5,971 nt of DNA from a virus, in the IMG/VR virus record IMGVR_UViG_3300045988_005587, positions 1-5,971 of that record; one strand, 5' to 3'. The notes beneath the pieces were generated by a model, which was given only the letters and a program-made list of their open reading frames with translations, was not told the DNA's origin and did no database searches. This document shows, piece by piece, positions 1-5,381 of this stretch; the first letter of the stretch is position 1; each line of letters begins with the position of its first letter. A program made the translations under genes and the position numbers.

Positions 1-77
1 CCAATAAACAGGAAGACTACTTCATGATAATGGGAGGTAGTCTGATTGTAGACGGAGGAACCATAACAACTAATAAT
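1..77. repeat. Terminal redundancy copy 1, identical to 5895..5971. This is a linearisation overlap of a circular genome.
   Basis: Base-by-base comparison: ccaataaacaggaagactacttcatgataatgggaggtagtctgattgtagacggaggaaccataacaactaataat occurs at both window ends. Confidence 0.95.
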
Positions 78-1493
78 GGTAATGTATTCAGCAAAACAAA
101 CTATACTGGTATTTATGGGTGGTTAAACTTCAATTATGAAAATGTATTAACAGTAACATTACCCAAATCTCTATGGGAAACATATCAAAAAACGAAAGAA
201 TTAGAAACATGGTTTGAATTATTAGACGGAAGAACATTAAAATTTAACGCAGTTCTATACGGGGACGAAAAAGCCGAAACAAAAGGAGACAACGTTGTCT
301 TAACATTTGACCGACCACGTACAGGCAAATGGAGTATATCAAGTGGAGAACTAGAGAATAATACTAACTATGCTCTAACAGGAGTAAGTCATGTAGTAAG
401 TAAAGGGACAACTGTAGAAACCTACACAAGCTCATACAAACTGGAAGAAATCGACAACTTAAGAGAGTATATTCTGAAGCAGGGGAAAAAGGAAGTCTTG
501 ATAAAGGCTGATTCTACGGAAGAATGGATAGGAACATCATTCATTAAGGATGTACTAACAGGGACGGCAGAAACAGGAAATAGTGAACCAAAAGTCAAAA
601 TGCCAATTATCCAGATGGAGATGGGCGGACTGTGTCTGAAAACGCTGCAAAGCGACATCTTTAACAACTGGGTCAACAAAGAGTGGGTAGACGGAGATAA
701 CGGAATCAAAGCAATTACTGACGTAGCAATTACTGACGGGAAACTGAACCTGGACAGCCTGAACATTGCACAGAAAGTATACAACATGCTAAACCGTATT
801 GCAGTGTCAGGAGGAAGCTATAAGGACTGGATTGAGACGGTATATACTACAGACTATTACTTCAGAGCAGAAACACCGGTATACGAGGGTGGTATGTCAA
901 CAATAATTGACTTTGAAGCGGTGGTAAGTAACTCGGCAAGCACAGCTAGCGGGGTAGAGGAACCGTTGGGAAGTCTGGCAGGACGTGGATTCAACGGACA
1001 GAAGAAAGGCGGAAAGATTAAGATTAAAGTCAATGAACCTTGCTATATCATGGGTATTGCAAGCATTACGCCACTAGTAGACTACTCTCAGGGTAACGAC
1101 TGGGACAACTGGTTAGAGACTATGGATGACTTGCACAAACCGCAGCTGGACGGTATCGGTTATCAGGATTTGATGGAGAACAAGATGCACGGACTGGCAA
1201 GGCCGACACTAGCAATAGGAAAACAGCCTGCATGGCTGGACTACATGACCAATTTCAATAAGTCATTCGCAGACTTCGCAGCAGGAGGCAAGGAAAGCTA
1301 TATGGTGTTGAACCGTATCTACAATGTGAACAATGAAGGACACATCACCAACGCAACAACGTATATCAATCCAAAGGACTACACATATATCTTTGCGACC
1401 AACACGGAGACCAACAGGGACTTCTGGGTACAGATTGGTTGCGGAGTAACTGCAAGACGAGTAATGAGCGCAGCTCAGATTCCATTAATGTAA
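1..1493 (+). CDS. VP1: Microviridae major capsid protein (VP1/F family), C-terminal portion. It continues from 5378..5894 across the circular junction; the first full codon starts at base 3 and the stop is TAA at 1491-1493.
   Basis: The frame is open from the window start (NKQEDYFMIMGG...), not only from the ATG at 24. The same peptide ends the 5378..5971 frame. The joined product is 2010 nt (669 aa), typical of non-Bullavirinae microvirus capsids, and it is the largest ORF in a roughly 6 kb single-strand-coded genome. Confidence 0.9.
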   Translation, partial: NKQEDYFMIMGGSLIVDGGTITTNNGNVFSKTNYTGIYGWLNFNYENVLTVTLPKSLWETYQKTKELETWFELLDGRTLKFNAVLYGDEKAETKGDNVVLTFDRPRTGKWSISSGELENNTNYALTGVSHVVSKGTTVETYTSSYKLEEIDNLREYILKQGKKEVLIKADSTEEWIGTSFIKDVLTGTAETGNSEPKVKMPIIQMEMGGLCLKTLQSDIFNNWVNKEWVDGDNGIKAITDVAITDGKLNLDSLNIAQKVYNMLNRIAVSGGSYKDWIETVYTTDYYFRAETPVYEGGMSTIIDFEAVVSNSASTASGVEEPLGSLAGRGFNGQKKGGKIKIKVNEPCYIMGIASITPLVDYSQGNDWDNWLETMDDLHKPQLDGIGYQDLMENKMHGLARPTLAIGKQPAWLDYMTNFNKSFADFAAGGKESYMVLNRIYNVNNEGHITNATTYINPKDYTYIFATNTETNRDFWVQIGCGVTARRVMSAAQIPLM

Positions 1494-1504
1494 TAATTAA
1501 CAAT

Positions 1505-1837
1505 ATGGGAAAACCAAGAATAATCGAGAAAAGCCATAACGTGGGATTCTACGTGATGGAAGCCTATGAAGGCAAAACAATAGAACAGAGGTGCCGGGAA
1601 ATGGTGGAAACGGGTGAGCCAATCAAGGATACATCACCGTTAATATATACACCAAAAGAAAAAGGAGTAAGACCTGAATACAATGTACGAGCGGACAAGT
1701 GGGATATTGCTCAGGGAGCAATGGACGCGGTGAATAAGGAAAGGATTGCCAAGGGACAACAACCTCCTAATGTGAACAATGGAGAAGAAACGCCAATGGG
1801 CGCGCCTGAATCGAATCAGGCTGGGCAGCCGAGCTGA
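1505..1837 (+). CDS. Hypothetical 110-aa acidic protein between VP1 and VP2. It may be an internal scaffolding (VP3-like) protein.
   Basis: I prefer the ATG at 1505 over the track start at 1439, which lies inside VP1. The 12-mer AACAATATGGGA around this ATG (1499-1510) is repeated exactly at the VP2 start (1931-1942). The scaffold idea rests on size, charge and position and is only a guess. Confidence 0.6.
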   Translation: MGKPRIIEKSHNVGFYVMEAYEGKTIEQRCREMVETGEPIKDTSPLIYTPKEKGVRPEYNVRADKWDIAQGAMDAVNKERIAKGQQPPNVNNGEETPMGAPESNQAGQPS

Positions 1838-1854
1838 CACTCGGGTTAAACAAC

Positions 1855-1876
1855 TGTGCGTACTTCGGTACGCACA
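1855..1876 (+). other. Perfect 9-bp GC-rich hairpin with a C(UUCG)G tetraloop in the VP3-like/VP2 intergenic region. It could be a transcript 3' end, an RNA stabiliser or an ssDNA structural element.
   Basis: tgtgcgtac (1855-1863), ttcg (1864-1867), gtacgcaca (1868-1876). A 7-bp all-AT hairpin follows: tatatat 1883-1889 pairs with atatata 1896-1902. There is no trailing T-run, so it is not a canonical intrinsic terminator. Confidence 0.75.
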
Positions 1877-1936
1877 CAGCCGTATATATCGAGTTATATA
1901 TAATCGCTTTTGGAAAAAGCGCGAAAACAAAACAAT

Positions 1937-3022
1937 ATGGGATTCTTAGATTTTTTAGGAAACGGAGGGTCTGGCCTAATTACAGGACTTGCCAACACAA
2001 TAACAGGAGCCGTACAGAACAAGAAAGCACTGGCATGGCAGAAAGAGCAATGGCAGCAATCAATGGATTACGGTCGGGAGATGTGGGAGAAACAGAACGA
2101 GGCAGAAAATGAACGTATGGCACTGCAGAACCAGTGGAACAAGGATGCAGCAGCGCAGTCACAGCAGTATGCTAAAGAGATGTTTGACTATACGGGTTAC
2201 GAGAACCAGGTAAAACAGATGAAGGCCGCAGGACTGAATCCAGCACTGATGAACGGTGGCGGAGGTTCAGCAGGACAGGCAAGTGCAGGAGCTGAAGTAC
2301 AGCCTGCTCAGGCATTCCAGCCAATGGGCATTCAGATGGCATTACAGGCACAGCAGGTAATGGCCAACACTCAACTAGCTAATGCTCAAGCTCAAAAAAC
2401 AAGAGCTGAAGCCACGGCACAGAACATGCAGAACCTGATAGGCAGCAGCATAGACTTAGCTCAAAAGATTGGCGAGATAGGGAAAACAAAGCAGGAAAAG
2501 AAAAACCTGAAGGCTACATATGACAAGACAGTGAAAGAAGTCGAGATGGTTCAGGAAGAGGTTAATAACCTTATGCTACAGGGAGATATACTGAAAGAAA
2601 ACAAAGAGCTGCTTGAATTCCAGAACGGAGTGAACAGGATTATCAAGAATGGAGTATACTTCGATAGCAAGGGCAAAGAGGTAAATTGGCAGGAGGCGGT
2701 ACTCATAAGGTATTTCGGACCTCTCGGCAAGGAAATGTCACAGTGGGAGAAAGACGAAAAACAGGCATTGTTCGACAAAGGTGTCCTGGAGCGTCTGATG
2801 AATGACATAGATGCCATTGCAACAGGTAAGGTTAACGAGTACTCACTGTCAGGAATGAAATTTGACTTAATGCAGAAACAGTGGGAAAGAGAAGACTTCG
2901 AGCTGGAACAGGACAAAGCAGCATCCAATCTGCTTGAGGAGCTGACAGGCGAAGGAGAATATGCGAGATTGTTAGGCAAATTCTTGAAATTACTGTTAAG
3001 ATTCAACAAAGGCCGCAAGTAA
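1937..3022 (+). CDS. VP2: Microviridae minor capsid / DNA pilot protein (VP2, H-like), 361 aa.
   Basis: It has a Gly-rich hydrophobic N-terminus (MGFLDFLGNGGSGLITGLANTITGAV). The motif QVKQMKAAGLNPALM matches the AGLNP signature I recall from microvirus VP2 proteins. A Q/A-rich segment is followed by a K/E-rich, heptad-like C-terminal half. I prefer the ATG at 1937 over 1910 because of the shared AACAATATGGGA start context. Confidence 0.8.
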   Translation: MGFLDFLGNGGSGLITGLANTITGAVQNKKALAWQKEQWQQSMDYGREMWEKQNEAENERMALQNQWNKDAAAQSQQYAKEMFDYTGYENQVKQMKAAGLNPALMNGGGGSAGQASAGAEVQPAQAFQPMGIQMALQAQQVMANTQLANAQAQKTRAEATAQNMQNLIGSSIDLAQKIGEIGKTKQEKKNLKATYDKTVKEVEMVQEEVNNLMLQGDILKENKELLEFQNGVNRIIKNGVYFDSKGKEVNWQEAVLIRYFGPLGKEMSQWEKDEKQALFDKGVLERLMNDIDAIATGKVNEYSLSGMKFDLMQKQWEREDFELEQDKAASNLLEELTGEGEYARLLGKFLKLLLRFNKGRK

Positions 3023-3321
3023 GTCGCGCGCGTACGTATATCGCACACGCACGGAATCAACTTGACGATCATATTTTGGGCGTCTCCCTACGGGCCGGGC
3101 TTTCCGGCTCAGACAAATGCCCTACGGGCATACTCGCCTGCAATCCCTGACGCACTATGCAGAATTCGCTACTATGTGGCGCGCAATCGCCGCGCGGCTA
3201 GCATACATAACAACAAGAGGTCGGACCACCTGAAGATGATAGCATCATCGGAAGAAGTTTACGACCTCTTATTGTTATGTATGAATATTATATTAAAGTA
3301 AAACTTAAACAAATTATAATT
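3023..3321 (+). other. GC-rich, hairpin-dense noncoding region between VP2 and Rep. It is a candidate replication-origin or regulatory region.
   Basis: Hand count for 3023-3200 gives 104/178 G+C (58%) in an otherwise AT-rich genome. Hairpins: 3092-3110 (gggccgg/gcttt/ccggctc with one G-T pair), 3117-3131 (atgccc/tac/gggcat) and 3202-3283. The 10-mer CCCTACGGGC occurs twice (3086-3095, 3120-3129). CAACTTGA lies at 3058-3065. Confidence 0.7.
3202..3283. repeat. Long imperfect inverted repeat: 22-bp arms with one mismatch and a nested 6-bp hairpin.
   Basis: Arm 3202-3223 (catacataacaacaagaggtcg) pairs with 3262-3283 (cgacctcttattgttatgtatg). The only mismatch is C3214/A3271. The nested hairpin is gatgat 3235-3240 / agc / atcatc 3244-3249. 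Confidence 0.9.
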
Positions 3322-4263
3322 ATGTGCCTGTATACTAAGTATTTATTGAACAAAAAGTATTTACCGACAAAGAAAAATGAACATAATCCGCCAGTATGCC
3401 ACGATGAAAGGCTAAGATATGTACCGATAAAGTGCGGAAAGTGCATGGAATGCCGAAAACAGAAAAAAAGAGAATGGTATGTACGACTGTCTGAAGAGCT
3501 AAAAAGACACAAGGGAGCATTATTCCTGACTCTGACATTCAATGAAGATATGTATGAAGAGACGCGCAAAGCCGTGAATGCAGGAATCCATCCGACCTAT
3601 GAAGAGGAGAATGATATGTGCCGTTATGCAATAAGACACTGGTTGGAACTAATACGGAAGAGAACAGGAAAATCCGTCAAGCACTGGGTAATTACCGAAA
3701 AAGGTGAAGATTATAACCGCATACACATGCACGGTATAGTATGGTGCAGAAAGGAGGATGTAGACGCATGGCGTTACGGATATACCTACATAGGGGACTA
3801 TGTCAACGGCGAGACAATCAACTACATTACCAAGTATATGCTGAAAATCAACGAAAATTGTCCTGAATTCGAGGGGAAAGTATTCTGTAGCCAAGGCATA
3901 GGAAGAGGTTACGAAAAAAGCACAAATGCAAGACGAAACAGATATCAGGAAGAACGTACTATCGAGACATACAAGACAGCGGACGGACGAGAGCTGCCAA
4001 TGCCAAAGTACTACCACGACAAGATATACTCAGAAGAAGAGCGCGAAAAGTTATGGATTATCAAGCAGGAAAGGGGCTACAGATACATAGGAGGTGAAAA
4101 GTGCAGTACAGAAGACCTCGAAGAATGGGACAACCTGACAAGATACTATCAAAGACGGGGTGTAGAAGTGTTTGGAGACAGACCCGACGAATGGGAGAAA
4201 GAAAAGCAGCGCAAACGTCTGGAGCGTATGAAAATCGCCAGGCGTCGGATGCACGGAGGTTAA
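3322..4263 (+). CDS. VP4: Microviridae replication initiator protein (VP4/gpA-like HUH rolling-circle endonuclease), 313 aa.
   Basis: RCR motif 1 is FLTLTF (3523-3540). Motif 2 (HUH) is HMHGIVW (3724-3744). Motif 3, with two tyrosines, is YITKY (3823-3837). An N-terminal Cys cluster reads CH-x13-CGKCMEC. I prefer the ATG at 3322 (MCLYTKY...) because the upstream ATG at 3277 sits inside the right arm of the 22-bp stem. Confidence 0.9.
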   Translation: MCLYTKYLLNKKYLPTKKNEHNPPVCHDERLRYVPIKCGKCMECRKQKKREWYVRLSEELKRHKGALFLTLTFNEDMYEETRKAVNAGIHPTYEEENDMCRYAIRHWLELIRKRTGKSVKHWVITEKGEDYNRIHMHGIVWCRKEDVDAWRYGYTYIGDYVNGETINYITKYMLKINENCPEFEGKVFCSQGIGRGYEKSTNARRNRYQEERTIETYKTADGRELPMPKYYHDKIYSEEEREKLWIIKQERGYRYIGGEKCSTEDLEEWDNLTRYYQRRGVEVFGDRPDEWEKEKQRKRLERMKIARRRMHGG

Positions 4264-4321
4264 TAACCTGTTGATAACCTATCAAAATCGGTTAATAAAC
4301 CTGTTAATAAGTTGTTGATAA
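4258..4321 (+). repeat. Five phased copies of GTT(A/G)ATAA, organised as two roughly 20-nt direct repeats plus one extra copy. The array begins at the Rep stop codon.
   Basis: The octamers lie at 4259-4266, 4270-4277, 4291-4298, 4303-4310 and 4314-4321, with spacings of 11, 21, 12 and 11 nt. The larger units are GGTTAATAACCTGTTGATAA (4258-4277) and GGTTAATAAACCTGTTAATAA (4290-4310). Confidence 0.85.
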
Positions 4322-4369
4322 AAAGATGACTTAAAATTTGGAATATTGAAATATTTTAATAGGAAGGAA

Positions 4370-4466
4370 AGTTATGAACAATGCAAATAAATAAATGAAA
4401 AGTTATGAACAAAGTTATGAACAGGATAAATGATTGAAAATAAATGAATTAACATAGTTATGAACA
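4370..4466 (+). repeat. Iteron-like array: four exact copies of AGTTATGAACA interleaved with three copies of ATAAATGA.
   Basis: The 11-mer lies at 4370-4380, 4401-4411, 4413-4423 and 4456-4466. The octamer lies at 4391-4398, 4426-4433 and 4440-4447. Degenerate relatives are TATGAACA at 4590-4597 and TTATGGAACA at 4611-4620, the latter spanning the ATG at 4613. Confidence 0.85.
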
Positions 4467-4549
4467 GTTTCAACAGGCTATCATATACATATAGATTTAT
4501 TTTAATAGAAAAAAATATTATTAGATTATAATAGAATTTTGTTCAAAAT

Positions 4550-4580
4550 TTTGTGTTTTCAAAAACAATGCCTACATTTG
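4550..4580 (+). promoter_or_regulatory. Candidate Bacteroidota-type promoter: -33 TTTG, 19-nt spacer, -7 TAnnTTTG.
   Basis: TTTG lies at 4550-4553 and TACATTTG at 4573-4580, 33 nt upstream of the ATG at 4613. It is the only TAnnTTTG match I found in noncoding DNA and the only one with a correctly spaced upstream TTTG. Confidence 0.5.
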
Positions 4581-4612
4581 TAATGTAAATATGAACAATT
4601 AAAATAACAATT

Positions 4613-4825
4613 ATGGAACAGAATTACAGAATTACAATTTTTACTGCCGAAGGAGTCATAGAAGGAAATTTCTACAAAAAAGAAATAGCCATTAGTACGA
4701 TTGTAGAATTTAAAAAACGTTATGATGATTTCATAATAGGAATAGTATCAGAAAAAATCTACGGAAAATGGAACACTATATGTAGCATATCAAATGGAAG
4801 AAATAAAATTATTCATAATATTTGA
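4613..4825 (+). CDS. Hypothetical protein, 70 aa, first ORF of the small-ORF cassette.
   Basis: It is the first ATG after the candidate promoter. Its start context, AACAATTATGGA, resembles the AACAATATGGGA seen at two other genes. The composition looks protein-like, but I recognise no family. Confidence 0.55.
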   Translation: MEQNYRITIFTAEGVIEGNFYKKEIAISTIVEFKKRYDDFIIGIVSEKIYGKWNTICSISNGRNKIIHNI

Positions 4826-4967
4826 AACCGAATTCGTTAACGAAAAAACTGGACAGGTAGTAAACCTAACTACCACCTGCGGCAGTTATAAAGAGTTAGG
4901 AAAGTATTTAACAGACATGGAAAGAAAATCATGGAGAATGTTACAAGTAAAAAGGAAAGAAAACTGA
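4794..4967 (+). CDS. Hypothetical protein, 57 aa, absent from the supplied ORF track.
   Basis: Hand translation gives MEEIKLFIIFETEFVNEKTGQVVNLTTTCGSYKELGKYLTDMERKSWRMLQVKRKEN followed by a stop. It bridges the gap between 4825 and 4931, overlapping both neighbours (by 32 and 37 nt) in the compact style of this genome. The start context is A-rich, ATGGAA. Confidence 0.4.
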   Translation: MEEIKLFIIFETEFVNEKTGQVVNLTTTCGSYKELGKYLTDMERKSWRMLQVKRKEN

Positions 4968-5149
4968 TTAAGCTACTAGTAGTAGCATGGGTATTAGCAG
5001 CAACACTAGGAGGATGCGTGGTAAGTCTCAACATTCAGAAGAATAATCAAAACAGCACACAATCCGTATCGCAGGAGAATGAGGCGACTCAAAAAAATGA
5101 CAGTACCAACTTTAATATGAATACGAAAAATGGAAAAGAACAACAATGA
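4931..5149 (+). CDS. Small predicted lipoprotein, 72-aa precursor. It has a signal peptide with an LGGC lipobox and a 43-residue N/Q/S/T-rich polar mature tail after the lipidated Cys.
   Basis: The basic n-region is SKKERKLIK, the hydrophobic h-region is LLVVAWVLAATL, and the lipobox L-G-G-C places Cys29 at 5015-5017. The mature region contains no further hydrophobic segment. Confidence 0.6.
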   Translation: MENVTSKKERKLIKLLVVAWVLAATLGGCVVSLNIQKNNQNSTQSVSQENEATQKNDSTNFNMNTKNGKEQQ

Positions 5150-5381
5150 TTTTATCGAGGTTTACAAAGGAATCACAAGAATTGTAAAGACTAAGGAACA
5201 TGATGAAGATGTATGGTTTGCCGTAATTGGCAAAACAATTGTTTCACGTGGGACATTCAAAACAAAAAAAGAATGTATAAATGACCTGGAAAAGACTGAT
5301 TATGAACAGATTTGTAAGATTGCTCTTGCTGTTGTTACAGCTCTTAAGGATTATAAACCGGAAAAAGTAAAAGAAGTATGA
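5130..5381 (+). CDS. Hypothetical protein, 83 aa, probably translationally coupled to VP1.
   Basis: Its stop codon overlaps the VP1 start as ATGA (5378-5381). The start context is A-rich, ATGGAA. I recognise no family. Confidence 0.6.
   Translation: MEKNNNDFIEVYKGITRIVKTKEHDEDVWFAVIGKTIVSRGTFKTKKECINDLEKTDYEQICKIALAVVTALKDYKPEKVKEV

Noticed and set aside
1-77. Terminal repeats as biological LTR/ITR or cos-type ends.
   Set aside because: The capsid reading frame runs continuously through the overlap, and Microviridae genomes are circular. The duplication is an assembly or linearisation artefact.
1388-1395. Additional TAnnTTTG matches at 1388-1395 and 5716-5723, considered as internal promoters.
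   Set aside because: Both lie inside VP1 coding sequence. I found no TTTG 19-21 nt upstream of the 1388 copy and did not scan upstream of the 5716 copy. Two or three such 6-fixed-base matches are expected by chance in this AT-rich genome.
1439-1504. Longer track starts for three genes: 1439 for the 110-aa ORF, 1910 for VP2 and 3277 for Rep.
   Set aside because: The 1439 start lies inside VP1 coding sequence. The 1910 start lacks the shared AACAATATGGGA context found at 1937. The 3277 start is sequestered in the stem of the 22-bp inverted repeat. In each case the downstream ATG gives an N-terminus more typical of the family.
3224-3230. GACCACC in the loop of the large hairpin resembles the GACCAC at the 3' end of the 30-nt phiX174 origin.
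   Set aside because: It is only a 6-7-mer and lies about 160 nt from the CAACTTGA motif rather than about 20 nt as in phiX174. Chance is the likeliest explanation.
3062-3301. A 79-aa + strand ORF, TTG-initiated, spanning the GC-rich intergenic region.
   Set aside because: It has a non-ATG start and its composition is unlike the other proteins. Its whole length coincides with stacked hairpins and the 22-bp inverted repeat, so openness is more simply explained by stop-poor GC-rich DNA. It remains formally possible as a small basic DNA-binding protein (the RNRRAASIHNNKR stretch); conservation analysis would settle this.
3023-3321. A tRNA, hammerhead/twister-type ribozyme or known riboswitch in the GC-rich region.
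   Set aside because: I found no T-loop GGTTCGA-type box and no cloverleaf. CCTGACG at 3146-3152 does not match the hammerhead CUGAUGA core, and there is no paired GAAA element. I cannot exclude a novel structured RNA without covariance analysis.
422-4285. Nine minus-strand ORFs from the track: 422..787, 1640..1930, 1980..2162, 2551..3072, 3288..3569, 3335..3538, 3649..4017, 4051..4254 and 4061..4285.
   Set aside because: Each lies antisense to a well-supported + strand gene. Their peptides are low-complexity and rich in Ser, Leu, Cys and Phe, as expected of shadow frames. Microviridae encode all genes on the packaged (+) strand.
4258-4466. Possibility that the AT-rich direct repeats form a CRISPR array or a mobile-element terminus.
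   Set aside because: The repeats are only 8-11 nt and irregularly spaced, with no uniform spacers, no cas genes, no terminal inverted repeats and no transposase. They are better described as iteron- or operator-like.
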